A DNA stretch of 64,000 nt from Camelus dromedarius (taxonomy: Eukaryota), in the NCBI RefSeq assembly GCF_036321535.1, contig NC_087437.1:40426001-40490000 (forward strand). The letters run 5' to 3'. Position 1 is the first letter of the stretch, and every line of letters begins with the position of its first letter. The notes beneath the pieces are model-generated. The model did not search any database. It was not told the DNA's origin and worked only from the letters and a program-made list of their open reading frames with translations. Shown one piece after another: positions 29,501 through 43,100 of this stretch. Position numbers and translations under genes: made by a program.

Positions 29501-31138
29501 TCCGTATTTAATGGTATTTCAATTTCTACAGAACCATAAAACTTTCTTAAAGTTCTCACGGTATTAAATTTTAATCTGTATTGTGTGACAAAGAGCACTG
29601 AAACCATCAGCAACTTAAACACAAATGTAGGTTTATCTTTAACCTCCAGGTCCAGACCGTAAGTACTACAGTATGAAGCTAGACAAGCTCACCTGAGTAG
29701 CTGCAGACTGACAGGAAGATGACGATGACGACGAGACAACAGGAATGTCAGACTGTACAGCAGCCACAGTGGTAGCGGGTGTGAAAATCAGCTGTACAGA
29801 CAGAAAAACCAAAAAAATACCCTAAGACAAAAGAACATGTCCCACACAAAATGTATAGCAGGCAAGAGAGACTGAAATTTGTGACAGAAAGACAATGCAG
29901 TTTAGGACTGTCTCCTAAGCAAAAGGTTCTACATGACAGAGAAGTTTCTGATAATAGAGAACTCAAAAAAAAAAAAAAAAATCATAAACATTTCTGAAAC
30001 AGCTCGTGATTCTGATGAGTAGAAAAATAAATCAGTGCTCAAAAAAAAAATGTATTTTGGTAATATGAAATCTTCATACCAAAGTTTGCCCCAAATAAGC
30101 TATTAAACTCTTCCCAGCTTAAAACTACTGTGGAAGGATTCATAAAATGGACATTATAATGGGCAACCATAGTCACTACTCTTGAATGCAAATTAAATTT
30201 CAGTGAGAAACATGAAAAGAAACAGCAAAAAGTTTTTTCAGTCCTCTCTACCCCAAAGGATAACAATGCCGCATACTACGCTATAGTATTTCATTCAGCT
30301 ACACAGAATCCATAGCACAAACATAGGTCTACCTCTTGATTTTAAAACTATTTCTAAAGAAATATTCATTGTAAATGTAAATGCCACAACATGTCAAAAT
30401 TCAAAACAAAACAGCCTGCAAAAAAGTTTCACAACAAAGAAAGAAAGAAAGAAAGGTAGGTAAGACAAGACATACTTATCACCACCTCTTTTCAAATGTC
30501 TTTTCCAATACTGAAACAGAATGCCATTAATTTAAAAGATAATACAATCCACTCAGATTATCCAATCCAATTTAGTAAATTTAAGAGTTGTTTCAAAGAA
30601 TGTGTAAATGTTCTATTTCAGTATTCCATCAAGATTATTCAGTTCCTCAAAAACCATTTCTGTTTAAATTAAAATTACCAATTAAGGGATCTTTTGAACT
30701 TCAGTTCTTTGTATACTAAATTTAAGTGAATTAAAAAACAAAGTATAACTTTCACAAGAAGGTAATTTCCAGTACAAACAGCTGAAAGCACTAAACCTAA
30801 AAAGATGTTCTATTTTGCTTGAATCATGTGAAATTACCAGATTTAGAGGTGACAAATGGTCAAATAGCAACCATTTCAAATGGTTCAGCCAATTTTTGAA
30901 GCACATTATTAATCAAATAAGATCTAATGGGGGAAAAAAATCAGAAATATGATAATGTCTACTGAATAATCTGTAAATAAAAGGCAGACCGTATCATTGT
31001 TTCCTGTTAGTATTATGATGGGCAATTTTCTTTCCAATTTTAATGGAGAACTGGGGATCCAGATATATACTCAGTTTATTGAACAAAAAAGAATATAAAT
31101 AAATAAATATAAATATAAATATAAATATATAAATATAA

Positions 31139-31198
<60 letters not shown>

Positions 31199-34100
31199 AT
31201 CAGGGAAAAAGCACTTCTCTAGCTACCTGCAAAGACATCAAATAAAGTAAATGTCAACCAATTTCTACATTCCTTAAAGAAGTCTAGCAGGGAAATTAGG
31301 TAATCAATGGGTACTCAAATATAGAATAGCCAAACTAACATTCCTGTATTAACAAAAGATCAAAGTGAGCACAAGAACTTAAATCACTTTGCAGAATTTA
31401 AGATGGAAATAACCAAAGCTGAGGCTCATCTGGTGAATTATCAGGAACTCCAAGCCAGATTTCTGCAGAACCCACAATATAAATTCTAATTTATGCTTAA
31501 CAATCAAGTTTTTAACATTTCTAACCATTTCACAAATCTAAGACATCAAAGATATACAGTGATTTCAGGATCACTGTAAGTACCAATTTTAACTGTAAGA
31601 TGCCACCAATTATAAAACGCATCTCAGGTTCAGATGTGTTAAAATAGGAAAACAGGTTTGAAATCAATGAAATTTGATATTAAAAAATACTCACTCCTAT
31701 GTTACAGAATCTATTAGTTTCCCAATGTTGCTAATTACTGTTTGATATACCAAGAAGGTCTACTGACTAAAAGAAATTTTCATGACAAAATGTACAAGAG
31801 CTAAGCACACACAAAAAAGTTTGTTAAACATTTCTTAAAGATTAAAAATGCCTCTTACTGCATCAAATCAAGAAACATTTTGATTTCTCTTAAGTCTTCA
31901 AACACTGAGAAAATCTGGTAGCTCATATCTTACCATTTGAGCTCGGAGATACATTTGAGCTTGGCTTGCCGTTAGGGTAGGGGAGGTACTCCCTAGTAAC
32001 ATAGTCTGTTGGGTAATACTGCCACTGGTAGAACTGGAAGCCTGGGAACGGCTTATTAACTGTGCAGGTGTAGGAGAAGTAGAGAGGTTGATCTAAGGAA
32101 GAAAACATATCAGGTCATAGGCTTCCATTTCTTGCTTCCATGTCACTGAATTTCACCAAGCTGTACTTAGGTAATCAATGTAAGTATTATGGCTAAGGAA
32201 CCTAAAAGAGAGGGCTTCATCTTTGACAGACTTCTGTCACTTCTTCGGGCAATTATTTGCACATATGCAAACAAAAGCAGTTAGTGGTTAGCAACTAGGA
32301 CCATTTTTAAGGATATCCTCATTGTATTTCATAAGATTCTAGCATCTTAAAATATCATTTCCACTACCTCCCCAAAATTAGGACTCTATTATTTTAATAT
32401 TCTACATAATAACTTAAAACATTCAAATCAACCGTTTACACTATTTTGTCATTTTCTGTCACATTTTGAGGGGTTTCTGAAATGAATAAAAGTTAAAACA
32501 CAAATAATTCACTCACATATATAAAAACATACATGTAACATATAATTAGTATAACATTCTCCTTCAAAAGCTCTCAGAGAAGAAGAAAGTACAACTGCTA
32601 CTTGTCAAACAGATGGAAAAACCCTGAATACTGGTTACAAAATTAAATTATAAACACTAAATTTAAAACTGCTGTCAAAGAATAAACTAGTCCATGGGCC
32701 ATCTCTAGGATATACAAAAGACTGGTAACTGATTGTATCTGGGAAGGCACACTGGGAGGGATAGGCAGGGAACAGGGCAAACGAAGACATGTAGTCCCTT
32801 TTCTTTCCAATTTCCTACCAAGTATTATTCATTTTAAAAATAAATAATATTTTTAACAAGAGTAATACAATCTGGTCTCAAGTCCTTTTTGTGGACGATG
32901 CAGAGAAAATTAAGAAATAGGTTATTAGACTTTTGATTCAAGCAACAACACAGACTGGACTAATACATCCATGGTTCAAATATCCTCACTGAAATGCAAG
33001 ATCAACATGAAAAATTAGAATTTATAGCTGAACTCACAAAAGGGGAAAGGAGAGGGAAATTCCCAGGTGCCAGAAAGAAACTCAAAGATGTAAGCTTCAG
33101 CTGACACCAAGGCAGTTTAGGGGAATACTGGCCTTACAGAGAGAGAAGACCCAATTTTGAGCCTACTTCAGGGAAGAGCTGGAAATAAAACCCACTTTAA
33201 ACCAATATACTCAAAAGGGCTCATCAATTTGTGAAAAGGGAGCTGGAAAAGCTCCACTCATAAGTCCTGAGAAGCAGCAAGAAAACCTGCCATCCGCACT
33301 GCTTCCAGTGAAGGAGAGAGGCTCCTATGAGAATCAAAATCCCAGGGCTGCACCATGTCCGGGTACAGAATCCATATTCACATTACCTGCATAGTTCCAT
33401 AATCCCTCCTCAAACATTAGCATTTTTACTAGTCCAGGACATCTGTTAAACTGAATAAGTGGTTGGAGGAAGCTGAATGAAGGCTATATAGAAGGACCTC
33501 TCTGTACTATTAACTCCCAAGGCTATAATTATTTAAAAATTAAAAAGTTAAAACTGCATAGTGGGTACACAAGAGTTGGTTAACTAATTCCCTAAATGTA
33601 TCTTTTAAGTATTCCTTAATTTTAATAAAATACTTAAATCTGTAATTCAGTGCATAAATAGTTAATATAAAAATTATTCTGCAATCTGTCTATTATTCCT
33701 AGCATACCACTAAAATCCTATTAGCAAAAATCACCCATATCCTCTGACAAATTCAGTGGATTCTTTTTAGACCATTCTCTCTCAGTCTTCTTTACCAAGC
33801 CTTTTTTTTATCCCACCCTCAAACTGTTCTTGATTTGTCCTTAACACTTTTCTTCTTCAATTCTTCAATTCAATTTGTCCTTCACACTTCTCTTCTTCAA
33901 TTCTTCAATTGATTATCACATCTACTCTCATAGTTTCAAACAATTCATTCCTGAAGACTCTCAATCCTTGACAACAAACTCTTATTCTCCAGATTCAAAT
34001 ACTTACAGAACACATTTTTCTGGATATCTCTTACCAACTCAAATTCAACATGCTCAAACACCAAACTTATTATTCCTTCTTAAACCAGCCTTTCCTCAAA

Positions 34101-37100
34101 TATCCAGTGGCATCCTCTAAAAATCCCCAAGACAGATTATCTGGGAGTCATTCTAATTCTTCCCTCTCCTACAACACACACACACACACACATAAAATCA
34201 GTTACACATCTTATTGTTTCTACACCTTTATCCTCCTCAATTTCATTTTGATTTTGAATCACTTGGTTTGAGACTCTGGGCCCACAGCACTTCCAGCTAG
34301 ATTACTTTAGCAACTGCAAATTGATCTCCCTGCTTGGAATCCTGTCTCCTCCTACCTGCCAGATAATTTTCCCCTGATTTTAATTGATATTAACTACTTC
34401 AAAATCTCCTAGATAACAATCTCCCCTGACTACTTCTCTAGCATCATCTCCTTTCACTCCTTCATACGTACCCTTCACATTATCCATATGAAGCTATACG
34501 CAGTGTTATAATGTCTCAGGCCTCTATGGCCCTGGTAATGATGCTCTGGATTGGACTGAGCATCCACTACCCCTATACCCACCCCTATCCCCACTTGAGT
34601 GAACAACTCCTTCTCAAAAAATCATCTGCTGAACTTTTTCAGGCATCCCTACACCCTATAGTAGAACTGACTATTTCTTCTCCCTTTTGCCTGGTTATCT
34701 TCTGTAACTGCCATATACTTTTGGCATATACTTCCATCTCATTGTCCTAAACAATAATTTCTTTAAGGGTGTAGACCATGTGTTATTTATCATCATACAT
34801 CTAATATCCGTCAGAGTGCCTTCATTCAATAAGTTTATTAAGTTAATGAATGCCGTGTAATTTTAAGGCATACTTCATAGTTTAAATATATAAGCCTATC
34901 ACACACAGTGACACTATGTGTATAAGAGAGAGAGAAAAAACAATTCTGGTATAGGCCCTAACAAAGCAGAGTAAAAATGCAGAGATAGCATGGTGATGTT
35001 AGCTCAACTCTTGACATGCTATATAATAAATTATTAATAAGCTCCCCCCTATAAAAACTGATTCTTTTCCTATACCACTCCACAAGTGGATGTTCTGGAT
35101 AAAGCCTTGCTCCAAAGATTAAATCACTGAGCAGGGTAAAATTGGACCAGCTTTTCTGACTCATAGTTTGGCGTTCACAGTGCTTTCCTATACCCTGATA
35201 GCTCATTAATTTGGGTCACTCTACCGTAATAATGTCTGTTTTAATAATCACTTTTTTCAGTGATTCTTTTAAAAAAAAGGAAGAAAGAAAGTACTGTAGT
35301 ATGGAAAGACCACACACTCTAAACAAAAACGTAAAAGCCTTTTTTTATTATTATTTAATTGAAGTATAGTCAGTTTACAATGTTGTGTTAACTTCTGGTG
35401 TGCAGCATAATGTTAAAAGTCTTTTTAAAAAATGATTGGCTGATAGCTAAAATGCCTAAGAGTACTCTATAAGGAAGTAGAACATAAAGTACAAACAATG
35501 TTTTTCTTATTCTTAAAACAGAAAAAAAGGAAGTAAGAAAACTAAATAGTAACTTCCTAACCACCTGCATTTCACTTGGTCTAAGTTGTGAGATCAAAGA
35601 ACAAATACTATGTTTATTTTTAAGTTCCATAGGGCAAGTATCATTTCAGGCAGTGTCTACTAATGAATGTCCAACCCATGAGGGCAAGCAGATCAGCAGC
35701 AATTTCTGCAAGAAGTCCCGTCCTTTCCACAAATGATACAGTTCTCCTCTATTTTCTGTTTCACCCTGCTGACCTGAACCAGATGACCTTAACTGTTTCC
35801 ATTATGTTCTCTGTCAATCCCATCTCAACATTCTTAATTCTCTTTCATTTTAAAACCTTGGCCAATCCTGTCACCTCACATCTCAAGCCCCACACTCCAT
35901 AAAGGAACTCACTCCTTGAGCCCTATTACTGGAAGCTCTCTCCCTATTGACAATAAAAGTCACAGAGAAAACCACAATCTGCCAAGAAATGTCACTTAAC
36001 TCTCAACCAGTCATCAGTGCCCCAAAAAAGGAAGTTATACAGGGTCTCTGGCCCAGAGTACTCCCTAGAACTAAAGCCCATTTGAGACCCACTGCTGTCA
36101 TTTGAATGATCAGAATCAATCAGGTGTATCTACAGAGAGACATGGTACACAGATATTAAAAGGCTGATGTATCTCTATATTCAGTGGCATGAAAATATCT
36201 TTATAACCCACTGCTGAGTGGAAAAAACTATACAATAACATGTGGAATATAATGCACTTATGTAATTACATATTAATATCTACATGTACTGTGTGTGTAT
36301 ATATATATATATATATACCATATACCATACATGTGAAAAATATGTTGAGAAAAATGACTGCATTGTAATATACACAGAATAATACATATTCATTAAACTG
36401 CATCTTATTAGATTTGGTATAGATATATTTCCATATACAGACACACCTGGAAGAATAGTCACCAAAACATTAAAGGTGAATAATGCCTACCAGGGGTAAA
36501 ATTTGGCAATAATTTATATTTTCTTTTTCAAAGTTTTTGTCTTTTCTCTGTAGACTTTAGAATCAGACAGAATATGCTATTTTCCTTTTTTTCTTTAATG
36601 TTTACTTTAGTATACTGTTTTGTTATTATCAGTTTAAAGCAGCATATAAATTTTCTTGCTTCATTCAGTGGGAATTTATGTATGAGTAATTCAAATACCC
36701 AGGAGTGTAAAATATTACATGGAAATTTCAAGCAATAATATCTACCCATGAAGGACTTCCTTTTTAAGAGACTGCACATTTTTAATATGAAATGAAGTAT
36801 GACTGGGACATTGCGCTGTACACCAGAAACTGACACATTGTAACTGTACTTCAATTAAAAAAAAAAACTACTTCAAACAAAAAAAAGAAAATGTCTATCC
36901 TATTTATTATAGAAAACCATTATTTCTACTTTCTGCAATACAAGCTGTAAAAACAACAGCAAAACAAGCAAAAAACCCCCTCACAATCTCCAACTGCTTT
37001 CAGATTTTGACATCCTAGAAAGAACAGAGGCAAGGCTAAAACAATCAAAATATTGGAAGTAACTGTCCAGCAGCAGAGATGGTTATACAAGATAAAGTGC

Positions 37101-40100
37101 AACCATACTGTGTGCAACCATGCAGTAGCTTAAGTGAGTGAGACAGAAAGCTCTGAAGACACACTCTATTAAATGTAAAAACAAAATGCAGAATACCTGA
37201 CTGTGTTTACAGTGTGGGGAAAAAAATGTGTGTTAAACACATACACAGAAATTTCTTTATACTATGTATGTCCATAATGCATTGTAAAGATCTGGAGGGA
37301 TATCTAGCACATTGAGGAGACAGAAGGACTGAAGGGGACTTTCACTTTTTCTGTACTACTGGCATATTTTGTAAGAATTCAGGAAAGCTCCTGATGACCA
37401 CACAAACATTCAGTTTACAGTTTTATCTTAGACTGCTATTAAGTTTTGGAATACGCTTCAAACAATCATTTGAAATTATATTTTTAAAAATCCTTGAAAA
37501 CAGTGAGTTTTAAAACTTAAAAGTACCTCCTAAAATCAATAACAGAGGATGAGGACATTGGTTATAAGCATGTAATTTTCTCTCAGATAAATTCATAATG
37601 AATTCATTTGATATGTCATTGATCTAATTTAGATACTTTTAGAGAAAACTGATCATTTATAAAGTTCTTGATCTAAAAACAACCTCAATGACCCAATAAG
37701 TGTACTCTTAGGAAATTTTGTTTAAAGAAACTTACTAAATATGTAATAAAGATATATAACAGAATCATCAATGCAGGTTTACTTATAACAGCAAAACAAT
37801 ATGAGAAATTAAACTGCCAGCAAGAGGAAAACAGATTTAAAAAAATGAAGAATATTATATAGCCATTACAATTCATGTTTATAAAACAACAAATACTGAA
37901 AATTATAGTCTGAGCACACCCATTTGTTTCTCTCTCCTACTAAAATCCACAGAAAAGCAGTTAATATGATAATAAAAAAGACTGAGAGAAACTAACACAT
38001 AAATTTAAAATGTAGCACACTCCATAAGATAGGTGACCTGTGCTCTTTTAAAAAAAAAAAGTCAAGATCTTTTTATATTAAAGGAAAATAGGACTTGTGA
38101 GGCATATACTAGATATTACTATCCTGATAATAAATTTCTTAGATGTGACATGGTACTGTGGTTATGTAGGAAAATCTCCTTCTTGGGCAATACATGCTAA
38201 AGCCCTTGGGACTGAAGTGTCATGATATCTTCAACTTATTTTCAAATGGTCAGGAAAACAGTGTATAAATAGAAACTTAATAACTGGTATAGATAGCTAC
38301 ATGAAGGGTACACAAGGGTCATTGCCTAGTCTTAGCATTTTTCCGTGGGTTTAATGTTTTTTTTCAAAAACAAAAAAAACAGGGGATAAAAGAACAGTAT
38401 CAAAAGAAAAAAAATAAACAAACAAAAGAAAACACATATAGCAAAGAGAAAGAGAGGAAGGTACCATCTGCATTTCTTTAAGATCTAAAGATGGGATCAT
38501 ACTGATGCAGAAACAGACAGGAAGCTGCAGTCCAGAATACAGAAAAAAATAGACCAGAATGGGTTTAGGCCCAGAATTTAGAGACATAAAAGCAGAAGAA
38601 AGAAGTGGGGCCAAAAACTGAAGAACTGATTATCTGCAGGTCTGTCTAGAAAACAAGATTCACCAGCCATAACCCCACCCCTCCTGCACCTAGAACAACA
38701 GGCATAGAGACCTAGGAGAAAAAGGACACTTCGCTAAAAAAAGTCAAAGAACTGCTGAGGAAAAGCTGGAACTGTAGAATGGGGACTCGTACCTTGAAGT
38801 AAAATCCTCATTATTCTGAAAACTACTCGCTCCCCAGCCTAACAGCCAGCTTCCAACCTGCATACCTTCAATTCTAAACCTGCCAAAGATATATCCTTCC
38901 CACTGTCACCCCACTGCTATACCCACATGCAAACACAGAAACTCTAATCAGCCTTTCCACTAAGGAGAGAGGTCTAACTAGGAGCACATCTATCTTCAGA
39001 GCAGTGAAAGAAATTTACATAATCATGCACCTTAAATATAAGCAGAAAACCAAGCATTCTGAGAGAAAACTTTTCTAAGAGAAAAATCAGTAGCATGAAA
39101 GAAAAAAATGAAGATAGTTTCTAAGAAATATAAATTATTCAGGAAACAGAAAAAAGGTGTTTTAAAAGCTGATAAGTATCACAACGGAGATCTAAAATAT
39201 TTCATCCATAACAGAAAAACAGAATACTATGGAAAAAGAATAAGGAAATGTGCTTAAAAATTGGAAATACAAAAGCTGAACTGCAGTTTTCTTTTAAATG
39301 TAAAAGGAAAAGGTTTTAAAAAAAAAAAAAGACAAGGAAATATGTCACAATAGTATAACAAGATAAAGACAGAAAATGAGTAAAAAGCTAAAAATATTCT
39401 GATCTGGAAAGACCAACTTCCAACCAAAGGAGCTTCAGAAAGAGAACAGAGAAAATAAAAGGAAATTAATTTTTGTTAAAACTTTTTTAGTTTCATACAC
39501 ATGAACACTAAGTTTCACACTAAGAGGGTCCAACAAGTGTTCTGCACAATGACATCTAGACACAATGTCATGAAGTCCAGAAAAACTAAAGAAAACACGA
39601 AAATGTAAATGACTGAAGAGAAAAAGAAACAACTTCCCCAGAGGAATGATAATGAGACTTAAAATCAGCCTCTTTGGCAGTACCAGAATTTTGAAAACAA
39701 TGGTCCTTGCTTTCAAGTTTCCTAAGAAAAATTATTTTCAATATAGAATTTATGTACAAATAATTATTTAAAAGGTCTATGAGGAGGGAATTGGGGGGCC
39801 TACAAATATTCCAAATTTATCTTCCATGTACCCTTTTCAAGCAAGTTATTAGAAGATACTCCAGTAAAACAAAACCCTTATCACAATGTCCTGTGTTTAC
39901 ATGTCTGTTTTCTGCATCCACTGTACTCTAAGACCTTTGTTCACTTTGGCTCCTGAGCACTTAATACCATGCCCGGCACCAAGCAAGAAAATACTGGCAC
40001 AGATTATCCTCAGAAGTGTGGGAGACTAATACAGAATCCCATTCAGCAGTGAATCCCTGAAACTAAGCTCTGCTGTTTCAGAATTACGAGCTCAGGATGA

Positions 40101-43100
40101 GTCCTCGTCTCTGCAAACCCTACATATTTTTTATAGCTCAGCTTAAGTCCCATATAGGAAGCCTTTCCCAACTACTCAAAGATCTCTTTTCTGTTAACTC
40201 TCAGGGCATTCATCACTTCATTATACACTGTTTGTTGTTTACTATTTGATATGTCTAGGCATAGTTCTTCAAATGCCTATTACTGTCTCTAAGGGAAGGG
40301 ACTTTGACTCATGTGTACCCCCAGGGCAACTAGCATAATGTTGCCAATAGATACACCTGGTAATTGGCTGCCTGCTCATAACTAGCAACAAAAGAATCTC
40401 ATCACAGAGGTCAGGACTTAGACTCTCTTCTATAATGCAATTTCAGGCAATCAGAATATCCTAAAATGATTCTCTGAATTGAAGATAATCCACTTGAAGT
40501 AATCAAGAATTAAAGCTAATTCTATGCATTACATACTCTAGTTGATGATTATAATTCCTATAACTTCATCATTCAACAAATATTTATTACACACCTACTA
40601 TGTGATAGGCACTATTTTCCATAATGCATATAAACTATTTAAGACACCCTGACAGAATCTTATATTAACATCTAAACAATGGTTCCCAAACTTTAAAAAA
40701 AAAAAAAATAGAACCCTTTCTCCGCACGCAGTCTTATTAAGAATTCCCAGATTCAAACATCACACAACTATTCTGTCTGAAGTTTAGGGTAAGGCTCAGC
40801 ACCCCATCCATCTCGGTCTGCTTGGGCTGCCAAAACAAAGTACCACAAACTGAGTAGCTGAAAAAACAGAATTTCTCACAGTTCTAGAGGCTAGGAAGTC
40901 CAAGATCAAGGTACTGTGCAATTCAGTTTCTGGCCAGAGCTCTCTGCTGGCTTGCAGATGGCCACCTTCTCACTGCGTCCTCACAACAGAGAGGGGGAGA
41001 TCTCCAGAGGCTCTTCCTCTACTACGGACACCAGGTCTACTGGATCAGGGCTCCATACTTATGACCTCATTTAACCTTAATCACCTCCTTAAAGGCCCAA
41101 TTTCTAATTCAGTCACATGGGGTTTAGAGCTTCAACATACGAATTTGAGAGAGATGCAATTCAGTGCATAGCACCATCTATTGAACCTTCTCCTTGAGCT
41201 AGACCCAGGGATAGCTGGATGAAAAGACTGAAAACCATCCAACTAGATAACTTAATTTTACATAAAAGAAAACTGAGGTATAACGAGGTTAAATGATTTA
41301 CCCTAAGTCATGCCAGCAGTCAGTTACAGAATTAAGCCTAGAACCCAGGTCCCTCATGTCTTCCATTCTACCAAACTTTCTCACATAATATTCCACAACT
41401 GGTAGCAAAGTCATGTACACTTGTGACTTGAATTTTCAATGAGATGTGTAAGACATCACTGATCACCAGACCTCCCAAATGAACTCCTAACTCATATAAC
41501 CAGTCTCTACTGAACATCTACAGGTGGGTGTCTAATATACATCATGTCTATAACTGAACTCCTGATTTTCTCTTCCAACACCTGCTTTGACAGATCCTTC
41601 CAGATGCTCAGGCCAAAATATTACAGTCATCCCTGACTCTTCACCTTCCTCACATCCTTTATTCAATCCATCAGCATAAACTGTTAGCTCTATTTTCAAA
41701 ACATCCGAATTTCTATAATAAAATATTAGAGAAAAAATATTCAGAATCTGGCTAACCATTTTTCATGACATCTACAGTCAGCATCATGGTCCAAGCCTCC
41801 AATATCTCTCTCTTGGATTATTATAGGAACCACTTAACTGGTCTCCTTGGTTCTGTCTTTGCCCTCTAGAACTTTCTCTCAACATTGTAGCTAAGTTAAA
41901 GCCTATGTGAGGTCATGTAATGTCCCCTACTAAAATCGCTTTCCAATAGCTTCCCAATGCATGCTGAGCAAAAACCCAAGGGTTTAATAATCTCCTCATG
42001 ACTGGATTACAATTACCTATGCCATCTCTAAACATACTCCCACTCTCATTCCACTCCAGCCACACTGCCCTTCCTTCTGTCCCCGGAGCATGTTTGCCTC
42101 CCTCACCCTTCTTCAAATGCCATCTTTATTAGCAATGCTTTCCCCATCACTTTAATTTAAAGTGCAAATTCCTTCATCTCATTCCACTTCCTTGCTTTAT
42201 TTTTCTCTCTAGAACTTACCATCATCTGACATATTACACTATCTATCTCTAGCTCCGTAAGGACAGAGAATTTGTTGTGTTGCTGTATTCCCAGCATCCA
42301 GAAGGGTGTCTGACACATATTAAATGTTCAGTAAATACCTACTGAATAAATGAGTGAATGTGTGAATGAATAAAGTCATAAAACTAACTGAGCTTCAAAA
42401 ACGCACCTTACCTGGTACCAGAGCTAGAAAGCTATCAAAAATAAGGTTTTTCCCTTTTGACAGAACAGTGCAGTAAATTAAAGTCAAAACATCTGGGATT
42501 AATGTAGATTCTAGGGCCAAAAAACAAAGAAAGGGAAAGGGAATGAGATACAAACAGCCCTTGAGTCATTTAGAGACTTATGATTGCAATTTCCAGCCAC
42601 ATAATCCTTTCCAGATGAAAATGCCCAGAGACTTAGAAGAGAAGATAGAAAATGACGGCACTTCACCTACACTGGAACAAACAAAATTAACCATAGGAAT
42701 ATCTATTTACATTTATGTGTAGAAATGTACAGTTATTAAATAGGAAAGCATCACATAAAACTTCATTAGCGCAAAAAAGGACTATTGAAAAGAAATGCCA
42801 CTTTTATTCTACACTTTTGCATTATCTGTCTCTTAGACAAGAGTATATTCATATTTTATTTACACAATACAAAAACTAACACAATGAAGCTCTTCACTCT
42901 ACTTCCTCAGAGATAACCACTGATTAACAGTTGGTTGTATATTACAGATTTTCTTCCTATATAATCAGACAGACATATAGATAGAACCATTTTTTTAAGT
43001 TAAATAATAGGAATTCTGTTTCCAGGAAGGTGGAATAGACATACTTTTTCCCTATTCCTGTCCCTAAGTACAACTAAAAATCCTGGATGTTACACATAAA

